From NCBI GenBank assembly GCA_951406725.2, contig OX597825.1, forward strand, positions 79,794,001-79,858,000: 64,000 bases of DNA. The letters run 5' to 3'. Position 1 is the first letter of the stretch. Every line of letters begins with the position of its first letter. Positions 37,987-51,303 of this stretch are shown piece after piece. Source of the stretch: Octopus vulgaris. Its lineage: Eukaryota. Position numbers and translations under genes: made by a program. Below the pieces are notes generated by a model that saw only the letters and a program-made list of their open reading frames with translations, was not told the origin of the DNA and did no database searches.

Positions 37987-38950
37987 TGTGGTGTACGCAA
38001 GAGATTCGAAATAAAGGCACCTACCATCTCTTCGCTCAAATGGAGACCCTTCAGCAGTAATGGATCCTTTAACACAACCCGACCCGAACGCTAGAAATAT
38101 CAGCTGCTTTTCCCAACCTTAACAACGGCAACCTCGATTGAAAGGCAAAATCCTGCCCTAACTACGCACGCATCACTTCTGCCCCTTCTTGTCAGCTCCC
38201 CAGCTGCTGACATCATCCCACACGCCACCCTGATCTTAAAGATCACAATCTCTCTACTCCATGTCGTACATCACCATCCAACCGGGAGGGCGCCTTGTGC
38301 GTCGAGATCTTCTCAAGCGAGGCACCTCGTTCTCCCCCTCTCCACAATGGTCGTCTGTCGAAGCACACCACCGTCACCGCCATCCGCCCACAGTGTTACG
38401 TCAACACGCGGGTTTGAGTCACAAGTTCACTCAGCGCCATCTTTTTACTCCCGGTCAATTATTGTAGGTGAATCCCTACATCGTCAGGGAACCCATTTAT
38501 GAACGCCAGTCACGCTGCTCTCTCCAGCCCTTCTCCTGTAAACCCAGCCAGCGTTGCTAACCTTCGAACTTCTGCCGCGTATTCGTCCACCTGTCCTCCC
38601 ATCCATCTAATCGTACCCAGCTTAGCAAAAGCTGTGTACTCACACTCTCTGTAGGCATCCCTCAGACGTTGCTCTATCTTTTCCTCGCTCAGACGTTCTT
38701 CCTCGTCCATCTCAAGATATAGCGTCAACGCGCTCCCTTCCAAATACAGCACAATAAGACTTGTCACATCGCTTATACCTTGCAGTCTTGCCACCAGCCT
38801 GATTTTATGCATCCAGGCCACTACATCACCTTTACCATTAAAGGGTCTGATAATGTTGCTGGTGATCCTGATCTTGGAATTTAGCTCTTTATAGAAACCT
38901 TGTGTCTTTAGATACTCAATGAAAATTATCTTTTTAATGCTCATTTTCAT
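37987..38950 (-). mobile_element. Gypsy-like LTR retrotransposon relic: gag fragment, purine tract and 3' LTR (37987-38222)
   Basis: ORF 38510-38950 PFNGKGDVVAWMHKIRLVARL..LYLEGSALTLY (gag-like). TG...CA 236-bp LTR homologous to 52623-52884; agggtggcg precedes the LTR on the - strand. Confidence 0.75.
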
Positions 38951-39097
38951 CCCTCAGCTTTGTCTCTCCAAGTGATTATTCTTATTGTAACAGGCGATTA
39001 TGATTTGACTTATGAGGTATTCCTGCTGTTATCTTTTGACAGTTTCACTATTTCTTGATTCACATACATAATGTACATACAACAAATTCTATATTAA

Positions 39098-39948
39098 AAA
39101 TGTTTAGTCTCATTAGTAAACATTGTTGATGATAATTCTGTCTTATATAAATTATTCAACTCATTAAACATAACTCAACTTTAAATGTTACAGCTACCAT
39201 TCCTTTATTTCTTAACCTTTTTGATACCAACCGGCCTGAAACAAACCCTAGTTCTATGATACAAATTCCTTGTTTTAAAGTGATTTTAACGACAACTACC
39301 ATTTCTTTATTTCTTGATTCATATACGTAACATACATACAACAAATTCCTCCTCATCATCATCATTTAACATCCATTATCCATGCTGGCATGAGTTGGAC
39401 GGTTTGACCAGGGCTAGTAAGCTGGGAGGCTGCACCAGACTCCAGTCTAATTTGACATGGTTTCCTACAGATTGATGTCCATTTGAATGCCAAACACCCC
39501 AAGAGTGCAACGGGTGCTTTTATGTGCCACTGGTATTAGTGTCATTTGCATAAAACCGGTACCTGCCATGACTGCGATTTTACTCAGTTTGATGGGTTTT
39601 CTTCTCAAGTACGACATAATGCCAAAGGTCTTGGTCATTGCCACTGAGAGACCCAATACTCAAAAGGAACTCAGTCACTTTGCCTCCATGAAGCACAACA
39701 CTCAAAAAGAACTAGGCTACTTTGTCTCCATGAGGCCTGTCATTTTGTATTATAAATGTTTAGTCTCATTAGTAAAGATTGATGATAATTCTTTCTTTTA
39801 TTACTTATTCAACTCATTAAATATAATATAAGTACAAATATTACAACTACCATTCCTTTATTTCTTAACCCATTCTATACCAAACAACCTGAAACAAACA
39901 CTCGTTCTATGATACAAATTCCTTGTTTTAAAGTGACCTTAATGACAA
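39098..39948 (+). repeat. Diverged ~200-bp direct duplication (39098-39297 and 39754-39948) around a LINE 3' UTR relic
   Basis: aaatgtttagtctcattagtaaa...ttctatgatacaaattccttgttttaaagtga is present twice. Confidence 0.75.
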
Positions 39949-40247
39949 CCTTTCATTAAAATTCCATGTTAATTCATATTCCAAACATCAGCATAATAAT
40001 GGCAAAGTTACTTAATAAATTCTTCATTATTGTCAAAATTAAATGAAATTAAACATATTTCAACAGAAACATGAATGACACAAAGGTTAATGTTAAGAAA
40101 ATCAGTCGTTTTCTGCTGACGAATAACTCAAATCTCTAAATGTCAAATAAGTCATCATTTTTCTTGCAGCACATTTCTTTTGTTAATGTATCACAGCTAC
40201 TATTTAATTTTTTCATTGCTCTTTTCATTTTCTCCTTTCTTCTTTAG

Positions 40248-40480
40248 ATCTTGAGTGGAAAATAGAACTAAGCTCTCTATCCAAACTAATTAAAAATATA
40301 GAAGAAATAAAGATATCTGTTGGAGTGACTGGCAGTGGAACAAATTCTTCACAAAGTCTAACATTCAAAAAGTTAGCTTATCTCCCGACATTCTCTGCTT
40401 TTACTAATATACGAAAAATAGGCATTGGTGAGGCTGAAATATACTTTAAAGACAGTAGCAAATATTTTGACATATTCAAA
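40248..40480 (+). CDS. Unidentified membrane-protein gene, exon 6 (its 3' end is the satellite seed)
   Basis: ttttctcctttcttctttag| ... AAA|GTAAGA; 233 nt, phase 1 to 0; LEWKIELSSLSKLIKNIEEIKISVGVTGSGTNSSQSLTFKKLAYLPTFSAFTNIRKIGIGEAEIYFKDSSKYFDIFK. Confidence 0.8.
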
Positions 40481-43400
40481 GTAAGAATTTTCATCTTTTT
40501 GAATTCTGTGTTTGCTTTTATATTTTAAGAAGGCAGTTGCAAATATTTTGACATATTCAAAGTAAGAATTTTCACCTTTTTGAATTCTGTGTTTGCTTTT
40601 ATATTTTAAGAAGGACAGTAGCAAATATTTTGACATATTCAAAGTAAGAATTTTCACCTTTTTGAATTCTGTGTTTGCTTTTATATTTTAAGAAGGCAGT
40701 AGCAAATATTTTGACATATTCAAAGTAAGAATTTTCACCTTTTGAATTCTGTGTTTGCTTTTATATTTTAAGAAGACAGTAGCAAATATTTTCACATATT
40801 CAAATTAAGAATTTTCACCTTTTTGAATTCTGTGTTTGCTTTTATATTTTAAGAAGACAGTAGCAAATATTTTGACATATTCAAAGTAAGAATTTTCACC
40901 TTTTTGAATTCTGTGTTTGCTTTTATATTTTAAGAAGGACAGTAGCAAATATTTTGACATATTCAAAGTAAGAATTTTCATCTTTTTGAATTCTGTGTTT
41001 GCTTTTATATTTTAAGAAGACAGTAGCAAATATTTTGACATATTCAAAGTAAGAATTTTCACCTTTTTGAATTCTGTGTTTGCTTTTATATTTTAAGAAG
41101 GACAGTAGCAAATATTTTGACATATTCAAAGTAAGAATTTTCACCTTTTTGAATTCTGTGTTTGCTTTTATATTTTAAGAAGACAGTAGCAAATATTTTG
41201 ACATATTCAAAGTAAGAATTTTCACCTTTTTGAATTCTGTGTTTGCTTTTATATTTTAAGAAGGCAGTAGCAAATATTTTGACATATTCAAAGTAAGAAT
41301 TTTCACCTTTTTGAATTCTGTGTTTGCTTTTATATTTTAAGAAGGCAGTTGCAAATATTTTGACATATTCAAAGTAAGAATTTTCATCTTTTTGAATTCT
41401 GTGTTTGCTTTTATATTTTAAGAAGGCAGTAGCAAATATTTTGACATATTCAAAGTAAGAATTTTCACCTTTTTGAATTCTGTGTTTGCTTTTATATTTT
41501 AAGAAGGCAGTAGCAAATATTTTGAGATATTCAAAGTAAGAATTTTCACCTTTTTGAATTCTGTGTTTGCTTTTATATTTTAAGAAGGCAGTAGCAAATA
41601 TTTTGACATATTCAAAGTAAGAATTTTCACCTTTTTGAATTCTGTGTTTGCTTTTATATTTTAAGAAGGCAGTAGCAAATATTTTGACATATTCAAAGTA
41701 AGAATTTTCACCTTTTTGAATTCTGTGTTTGCTTTTATATTTTAAGAAGACAGTAGCAAATATTTTGACATATTCAAAGTAAGAATTTTCACCTTTTTGA
41801 ATTCTGTGTTTGCTTTTATATTTTAAGAAGGCAGTAGCAAATATTTTGACATATTCAAAGTAAGAATTTTCACCTTTTTGAATTCTGTGTTTGCTTTTAT
41901 ATTTTAAGAAGACAGTAGCAAATATTTTGACATATTCAAAGTAAGAATTTTCACCTTTTTGAATTCTGTGTTTGCTTTTATATTTTAAGAAGGCAGTTGC
42001 AAATATTTTGACATATTCAAAGTAAGAATTTTCACCTTTTTGAATTCTGTGTTTGCTTTTATATTTTAAGAAGACAGTAGCAAATATTTTGACATATTCA
42101 AAGTAAGAATTTTCACCTTTTTGAATTCTGTGTTTGCTTTTTTATTTTAAGAAGAAAGTAGCAAACATTTTGACATATTCAAAGTAAGAATTTTCACCTT
42201 TTTGAATTCTGTGTTTGCTTTTATATTTTAAGAAGGCAGTAGCAAATATTTTGACATATTCAAAGTAAGAATTTTCATCTTTTTGAATTCTGTGTTTGCT
42301 TTTATATTTTAAGAAGGCAGTAGCAAATATTTTGACATATTCAAAGTAAGAATTTTCATCTTTTTGAATTCTGTGTTTGCTTTTATATTTTAAGAAGGCA
42401 GTAGCAAATATTTTGACATATTCAAAGTAAGAATTTTCACCTTTTTGAATTCTGTGTTTGCTTTTATATTTTAAGAAGGCAGTAGCAAATATTTTGACAT
42501 ATTCAAAGTAAGAATTTTCACCTTTTTGAATTCTGTGTTTGCTTTTATATTTTAAGAAGGCAGTAGCAAATATTTTGACATATTCAAAGTAAGAATTTTC
42601 ACCTTTTTGAATTCTGTGTTTGCTTTTATATTTTAAGAAGGCAGTAGCAAATATTTTGACATATTCAAAGTAAGAATTTTCATCTTTTTGAATTCTGTGT
42701 TTGCTTTTTTATTTTAAGAAGACAGTAGCAAATATTTTGACATATTCAAAGTAAGAATTTTCATCTTTTTGAATTCTGTGTTTGCTTTTATATTTTAAGA
42801 AGGCAGTAGCAAATATTTTGACATATTCAAAGTAAGAATTTTCACCTTTTTGAATTCTGTGTTTGCTTTTATATTTTAAGAAGGCAGTAGCAAATATTTT
42901 GACATATTCAAAGTAAGAATTTTCACCTTTTTGAATTCTGTGTTTGCTTTTTATTTTAAGAAGACAGTAGCAAATATTTTGACATATTCAAAGTAAGAAT
43001 TTTCACCTTTTGAATTCTGTGTTTGCTTTTATATTTTAAGAAGACAGTAGCAAATATTTTGACATATTCAAAGTAAGAATTTTCACCTTTTTGAATTCTG
43101 TGTTTGCTTTTTTATTTTAAGAAGACAGTAGCAAATATTTTGACATATTCAAAGTAAGAATTTTCATCTTTTTGAATTCTGTGTTTGCTTTTATATTTTA
43201 AGAAGGCAGTAGCAAATATTTTGACATATTCAAAGTAAGAATTTTCACCTTTTTGAATTCTGTGTTTGCTTTTTTATTTTAAGAAGCAGTAGCAAATATT
43301 TTGACATATTCAAAGTAAGAATTTTCACCTTTTTGAATTCTGTGTTTGCTTTTATATTTTAAGAAGACAGTAGCAAATATTTTGACATATTCAAAGTAAG

Positions 43401-46400
43401 AATTTTCACCTTTTTGAATTCTGTGTTTGCTTTTTTATTTTAAGAAGACAGTAGCAAATATTTTGACATATTCAAAGTAAGAATTTTCACCTTTTTGAAT
43501 TCTGTGTTTGCTTTTATATTTTAAGAAGACAGTAGCAAATATTTTGACATATTCAAAGTAAGAATTTTCACCTTTTTGAATTCTGTGTTTGCTTTTTTAT
43601 TTTAAGAAGACAGTAGCAAATATTTTGACATATTCAAAGTAAGAATTTTCATCTTTTTGAATTCTGTGTTTGCTTTTATATTTTAAGAAGGCAGTAGCAA
43701 ATATTTTGACATATTCAAAGTAAGAATTTTCACCTTTTTGAATTCTGTGTTTGCTTTTATATTTTAAGAAGACAGTAGCAAATATTTTGACATATTCAAA
43801 GTAAGAATTTTCATCTTTTTGAATTCTGTGTTTGCTTTTATATTTTAAGAAGACAGTAGCAAATATTTTGACATATTCAAAGTAAGAATTTTCACCTTTT
43901 TGAATTCTGTGTTTGCTTTTTTATTTTAAGAAGACAGTAGCAAATATTTTGACATATTCAAAGTAAGAATTTTCACCTTTTTGAATTCTGTGTTTGCTTT
44001 TATATTTTAAGAAAGCAGTAGCAAATATTTTGACATATTCAAAGTAAGAATTTTCACCTTTTTGAATTCTGTGTTTGCTTTTATATTTTAAGAAGGCAGT
44101 AGCAAATATTTTGACATATTCAAAGTAAGAATTTTCATCTTTTTGAATTCTGTGTTTGCTTTTATATTTTAAGAAGGCAGTAGCAAATATTTTGACATAT
44201 TCAAAGTAAGAATTTTCACCTTTTTGAATTCTGTGTTTGCTTTTATATTTTAAGAAGGCAGTAGCAAATATTTTGACTTATTCAAAGTAAGAATTTTCAT
44301 CTTTTTGAATTCTGTGTTTGCTTTTATATTTTAAGAAGACAGTAGCAAATATTTTGACATATTCAAAGTAAGAATTTTCACCTTTTTGAATTCTGTGTTT
44401 GCTTTTATATTTTAAGAAGGCAGTAGCAAATATTTCGACTTATACAAAGTAAGAATTTTCATCTTTTTGAATTCTGTGTTTGCTTTTATATTTTAAGAAG
44501 GCAGTAGCAAATATTTTGACTTATTCAAAGTAAGAATTTTCACCTTTTTGAATTCTGTGTTTGCTTTTATATTTTAAGAAGACAGTTGCAAATATTTTGA
44601 CATATTCAAAGTAAGAATTTTCATCTTTTTGAATTCTGTGTTTGCTATTATATTTTAAGAAGGCAGTAGCAAATATTTTGACATATTCAAAGTAAGAATT
44701 TTCACCTTTTTGAATTCTGTGTTTGCTTTTATATTTTAAGAAGGCAGTAGCAAATATTTTGACATATTCAAAGTAAGAATTTTCACCTTTTTGAATTCTG
44801 TGTTTGCTTTTATATTTTAAGAAGGCAGTAGCAAATATTTTGACATATTCAAAGTAAGAATTTTCACCTTTTTGAATTCTGTGTTTGCTTTTATATTTTA
44901 AGAAGACAGTAGCAAATATTTTGACATATTCAAAGTAAGAATTTTCATCTTTTTGAATTCTGTGTTTGCTTTTATATTTTAAGAAGACAGTAGCAAATAT
45001 TTTGACATATTCAAAGTAAGAATTTTCACCTTTTTGAATTCTGTGTTTGCTTTTATATTTTAAGAAGGCAGTAGCAAATATTTTGACATATTCAAAGTAA
45101 GAATTTTCACATTTTTGAATTCTGTGTTTGCTTTTATATTTTAAGAAGGCAGTAGCAAATATTTTGACATATTCAAAGTAAGAATTTTCACCTTTTTGAA
45201 TTCTGTGTTTGCTTTTATATTTTAAGAAGACAGTTGCAAATATTTTGACATATTCAAAGTAAGAATTTTCATCTTTTTGAATTCTGTGTTTGCTTTTATA
45301 TTTTAAGAAGGCAGTAGCAAATATTTTGACATATTCAAAGTAAGAATTTTCACCTTTTTGAATTCTGTGTTTGCTTTTATATTTTAAGAAGACAGTAGCA
45401 AATATTTTGACATATACAAAGTAAGAATTTTCATCTTTTTGAATTCTGTGTTTGCTTTTTATATTTTAAGAAGGCAGTTGCAAATATTTTGACATATTCA
45501 AAGTAAGAATTTTCACCTTTTTGAATTCTGTGTTTGCTTTTATATTTTAAGAAGGCAGTAGCAAATATTTTGACATATTCAAAGTAAGAATTTTCACCTT
45601 TTGGAATTCTGTGTTTGCTTTTATATTTTAAGAAGACAGTAGCAAATATTTTGACATATTCAAAGTAAGAATTTTCACCTTTTTGAATTCTGTGTTTGCT
45701 TTTATATTTTAAGAAGGCAGTAGCAAATATTTTGACATATTCAAAGTAAGAATTTTCACCTTTTTGAATTCTGTGTTTGCTTTTATATTTTAAGAAGACA
45801 GTAGCAAATATTTTGACATATTCAAAGTAAGAATTTTCACCTTTTTGAATTCTGTGTTTGCTTTTATATTTTAAGAAGACAGTAGCAAATATTTTGACAT
45901 ATTCAAAGTAAGAATTTTCACCTTTTTGAATTCTGTGTTTGCTTTTATATTTTAAGAAGGCAGTAGCAAATATTTTGACATATTCAAAGTAAGAATTTTC
46001 ACCTTTTTGAATTCTGTGTTTGCTTTTTTATTTTAAGAAGACAGTAGCAAATATTTTGACATATTCAAAGTAAGAATTTTCACCTTTTTGAATTCTGTGT
46101 TTGCTTTTATATTTTAAGAAGGCAGTAGCAAATATTTTGACTTATTCAAAGTAAGAATTTTCACCTTTTTGAATTCTGTGTGTTTGCTTTTATATTTTAA
46201 GAAGGCAGTAGCAAATATTTTGACATATTCAAAGTAAGAATTTTCACCTTTTTGAATTCTGTGTTTGCTTTTATATTTTAAGAAGGCAGTAGCAAATATT
46301 TTGACATATTCAAAGTAAGAATTTTCACCTTTTTGAATTCTGTGTTTGCTTTTATATTTTAAGAAGACAGTTGCAAATATTTTGACATATTCAAAGTAAG

Positions 46401-49400
46401 AATTTTCACCTTTTTGAATTCTGTGTTTGCTTTTATATTTTAAGAAGACAGTAGCAAATATTTTGACATATTCAAAGTAAGAATTTTCATCTTTTTGAAT
46501 TCTGTGTTTGCTTTTTTATTTTAAGAAGACAGTAGCAAATATTTTGACATATTCAAAGTAAGAATTTTCACCTTTTTGAATTCTGTGTTAGCTTTTATAT
46601 TTTAAGAAGGCAGTAGCAAATATTTTGACTTATTCAAAGTAAGAATTTTCATCTTTTTGAATTCTGTGTTTGCTTTTATATTTTAAGAAGGCAGTAGCAA
46701 ATATTTTGACATATTCAAAGTAAGAATTTTCACCTTTTTGAATTCTGTGTTTGCTTTTATATTTTAAGAAGACAGTTGCAAATATTTTGACATATTCAAA
46801 GTAAGAATTTTCACCTTTTTGAATTCTGTGTTTGCTTTTATATTTTAAGAAGACAGTAGCAAATATTTTGACATATTCAAAGTAAGAATTTTCACCTTTT
46901 TGAATTCTGTGTTTGCTTTTATATTTTAAGAAGGCAGTAGCAAATATTTTGACATATTCAAAGTAAGAATTTTCACCTTTTTGAATTCTGTGTTTGCTTT
47001 TATATTTTAAGAAGACAGTAGCAAATATTTTGACATATTCAAAGTAAGAATTTTCACCTTTTTGAATTCTGTGTTTGCTTTTATATTTTAAGAAGGCAGT
47101 AGCAAATATTTTGACATATTCAAAGTAAGAATTTTCATCTTTTTGAATTCTGTGTTTGCTTTTATATTTTAAGAAGGCAGTAGCAAATATTTTGACATAT
47201 TCAAAGTAAGAATTTTCACCTTTTTGAATTCTGTGTTTGCTTTTATATTTTAAGAAGACAGTAGCAAATATTTTGACATATTCAAAGTAAGAATTTTCAC
47301 CTTTTTGAATTCTGTGTTTGCTTTTATATTTTAAGAAGACAGTAGCAAATATTTTGACATATTCAAAGTAAGAATTTTCACCTTTTTGAATTCTGTGTTT
47401 GCTTTTATATTTTAAGAAGGCAGTAGCAAATATTTTGACATATTCAAAGTAAGAATTTTCATCTTTTTGAATTCTGTGTTTGCTTTTATATTTTAAGAAG
47501 ACAGTAGCAAATATTTTGACATATTCAAAGTAAGAATTTTCACCTTTTTGAATTCTGTGTTTGCTTTTATATTTTAAGAAGGCAGTAGCAAATATTTTGA
47601 CATATTCAAAGTAAGAATTTTCACCTTTTTGAATTCTGTGTTTGCTTTTATATTTTAAGAAGGCAGTAGCAAATATTTTGACATATTCAAAGTAAGAATT
47701 TTCACCTTTTTGAATTCTGTGTTTGCTTTTATATTTTAAGAAGGCAGTAGCAAATATTTTGACATATTCAAAGTAAGAATTTTCATCTTTTTGAATTCTG
47801 TGTTTGCTTTTATATTTTAAGAAGGCAGTAGCAAATATTTTGACATATTCAAAGTAAGAATTTTCACCTTTTTGAATTCTGTGTTTGCTTTTATATTTTA
47901 AGAAGGCAGTAGCAAATATTTTGACATATTCAAAGTAAGAATTTTCATCTTTTTGAATTCTGTGTTTGCTTTTATATTTTAAGAAGACAGTAGCAAATAT
48001 TTTGACATATTCAAAGTAAGAATTTTCATCTTTTTGAATTCTGTGTTTGCTTTTATATTTTAAGAAGGCAGTTGCAAATATTTTGACATATTCAAAGTAA
48101 GAATTTTCATCTTTTTGAATTCTGTGTTTGCTTTTATATTTTAAGAAGGCAGTAGCAAATATTTTGACATATTCAAAGTAAGAATTTTCATCTTTTTGAA
48201 TTCTGTGTTTGCTTTTATATTTTAAGAAGGCAGTAGCAAATATTTTGACATATTCAAAGTAAGAATTTTCATCTTTTTGAATTCTGTGTTTGCTTTTATA
48301 TTTTAAGAAGGCAGTAGCAAATATTTTGACATATTCAAAGTAAGAATTTTCACCTTTTTGAATTCTGTGTTTGCTTTTATATTTTAAGAAGGCAGTAGCA
48401 AATATTTTGACATATTCAAAGTAAGAATTTTCACCTTTTTGAATTCTGTGTTTGCTTTTATATTTTAAGAAGACAGTAGCAAATATTTTGACATATTCAA
48501 AGTAAGAATTTTCATCTTTTTGAATTCTGTGTTTGCTTTTATATTTTAAGAAGACAGTTGCAAATATTTTGACATATTCAAAGTAAGAATTTTCACCTTT
48601 TTGAATTCTGTGTTTTCTTTTATATTTTAAGAAGGCAGTAGCAAATATTTTGACATATTCAAAGTAAGAATTTTCACCTTTTTGAATTCTGTGTTTGCTT
48701 TTATATTTTAAGAAGACAGTAGCAAATATTTTGACATATTCAAAGTAAGAATTTTCACCTTTTTGAATTCTGTGTTTGCTTTTATATTTTAAGAAGGCAG
48801 TAGCAAATATTTTGACATATTCAAAGTAAGAATTTTCATCTTTTTGAATTCTGTGTTTGCTTTTATATTTTAAGAAGGCAGTAGCAAATATTTTGACATA
48901 TTCAAAGTAAGAATTTTCACCTTTTTGAATTCTGTGTTTGCTTTTATATTTTAAGAAGACAGTAGCAAATATTTTGACATATTCAAAGTAAGAATTTTCA
49001 CCTTTTTGAATTCTGTGTTTGCTTTTATATTTTAAGAAGACAGTAGCAAATATTTTGACATATTCAAAGTAAGAATTTTCACCTTTTTGAATTCTGTGTT
49101 TGCTTTTATATTTTAAGAAGACAGTTGCAAATATTTTGACATATTCAAAGTAAGAATTTTCACCTTTTTGAATTCTGTGTTTGCTTTTATATTTTAAGAA
49201 GACAGTAGCAAATATTTTGACATATTCAAAGTAAGAATTTTCACCTTTTTGAATTCTGTGTTTGCTTTTATATTTTAAGAAGACAGTAGCAAATATTTTG
49301 ACATATTCAAAGTAAGAATTTTCACCTTTTTGAATTCTGTGTTTGCTTTTATATTTTAAGAAGGCAGTAGCAAATATTTTGACATATTCAAAGTAAGAAT

Positions 49401-49677
49401 TTTCACCTTTTTGAATTCTGTGTTTGCTTTTATATTTTAAGAAGACAGTAGCAAATATTTTGACATATTCAAAGTAAGAATTTTCACCTTTTTGAATTCT
49501 GTGTTTGCTTTTATATTTTAAGAAGACAGTAGCAAATATTTTGACATATTCAAAGTAAGAATTTTCACCTTTTTGAATTCTGTGTTTGCTTTTATATTTT
49601 AAGAAGACAGTAGCAAATATTTTGACATATTCAAAGTAAGAATTTTCATCTTTTTGAATTCTGTGTTTTGAATTCTG
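40451..49677 (+). repeat. 81-bp satellite, block 1 (~114 units)
   Basis: Unit gtaagaattttca(c/t)ctttttgaattctgtgtttgcttttatattttaagaag(a/g)cagt(a/t)gcaaatattttgacatattcaaa; very homogeneous; one EcoRI site per unit. Confidence 0.98.
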
Positions 49678-49909
49678 TCTTGAGTGGAAAATAGAACTAA
49701 GCTCTCTATCCAAACTAATTAAAAATATAGAAGAAATAAAGATATCTGTTGGAGTGACTGGCAGTGGAACAAATTCTTCACAAAGTCTAACATTCAAAAA
49801 GTTAGCTTATCTCCCGACATTCTCTGCTTTTACTAATATAGGAAAAATAGGCATTGGTGAGGCTGAAGTATACTTTAAAGACAGTAGCAAATATTTTGAC
49901 ATACCCAAA
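49678..49909 (+). pseudogene. Duplicate of exon 6 lacking its splice acceptor
   Basis: Matches 40249-40480 at all but 4 nt (R>G, I>V, F>P). Upstream is satellite-derived gaattctg rather than ctttag; the donor is intact. Confidence 0.9.
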
Positions 49910-50255
49910 GTAAGAATTTTCACCTTTTTGAATTCTGTGTTTGCTTTTATATTTTAAGAAGGCAGTAGCAAATATTTTGACATATTCAAAGTAAGAATTT
50001 TCACCTTTTTGAATTCTGTTTGCTTTTATATTTTAAGAAGACAGTTGCAAATATTTTGACATATTCAAAGTAAGAATTTTCATCTTTTTGAATTCTGTGT
50101 TTGCTTTTATATTTTAAGAAGACAGTTGCAAATATTTTGACATATTCAAAGTAAGAATTTTCACATTTTTGAATTCTGTGTTTGCTTTTATATTTTAAGA
50201 AGGCAGTAGCAAATATTTTGACATATTCAAAGTAAGAATTTTTACCTTGAATTCT
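49880..50255 (+). repeat. 81-bp satellite, block 2 (~4.5 units) fading into unique intron
   Basis: Same unit; the last copy diverges to gtaagaatttttaccttgaattctatttgctatt. Confidence 0.95.
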
Positions 50256-51176
50256 ATTTGCTATTAAAGATTTATTTATTTATTTATTTACTGTCATTGT
50301 TATTGTTAAAGCCCTGATCAGTATTGATTCAGTGGACCTAGATTCCAATACATTCAACTATGACCACCATGTTCGTTTCCCAGATGTATGTACTCGTGAC
50401 CTTTATTCAGCGTGTCCTTCTTTTCTAAGACAGTACAACATCATCATCATTTAACGTCCATTATCCATGGTTTGGGTTGGATGGTTTGACCAGGGCTAGT
50501 AAGCTGTGGGACTGCACCAAACTCTAGTCTGATTTGGCATGGTTTCTGCAGCTGGATAACCTTCGTAACACCAACCAGCCAATGTGATTTAAAGGAGATT
50601 TGACATTTATTTATAGACAGTCAACTCATCACATAGAGGCTTCCCTCATTAACTGGAGTAATTATTTTGTGTAGGTGTCAGTGTGTATGTGTTTGAGTAT
50701 GTTTGTGTTTGTGTGTGTGTGTGTGTGTATGAAGATACATAATCCTCATCATCATCATCATTATCACCACCACTATCATTGTTATCATCCTTTTATGACC
50801 TCTTTTGATGCTGGCATGGGTTGGATTGGTACACCACAGTCTGAGTAGGTTATTATTCACAATTAATGTTCTCACTTTTCATATATGTATATGTGTGTGT
50901 GTCTACATGTGTGTGTGTGTTCCTGAGTGTGTATGCATGTGTATATGTGTGTGTATGCACATGTGTGTGTGTGTGTATAATGACAAAAGTCCTCTCTCTC
51001 ACGCAAATGAAATGAATGGACCAGACTCATAAAGTCAAAAACTGCTCTTCTATCAATGTAGACATTTGTGTTAATTTAAATATGTATTAAAACTAATCAG
51101 CTTGAAATTTTCTTTTATGATGGTGGTATACCTGAGCACTGTATACAATAATTTCATTATTATTATGATTTTTCAG

Positions 51177-51270
51177 ATTGTCTTGACAAGAATACTTACT
51201 GGAGAAGAATATGGTTGTGCTAACATACATAAGACAATCCCAGCTAAATATTCATGTAAAGTACAGAAAA
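51177..51270 (+). CDS. Unidentified membrane-protein gene, exon 7
   Basis: ttatgatttttcag| ... A|GTAAGA; 94 nt, phase 0 to 1; IVLTRILTGEEYGCANIHKTIPAKYSCKVQK(S). Confidence 0.78.
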
Positions 51271-51303
51271 GTAAGATTTCATTGAACAACTAAATCAAAC
51301 ATA

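Noticed and set aside
40451-49677. CRISPR-like array
   Set aside because: No unique spacers and no cas genes; this is a head-to-tail eukaryotic satellite.
46630-49797. 1055-aa - strand ORF of 27-aa repeats (KYKSKHRIQKGENSYFEYVKIFATVFL)
   Set aside because: It follows automatically from an 81-nt unit with one stop-free antisense frame. Its ATG is in the antisense of the duplicated exon, and the same frame is broken by stops and indels elsewhere in the array.
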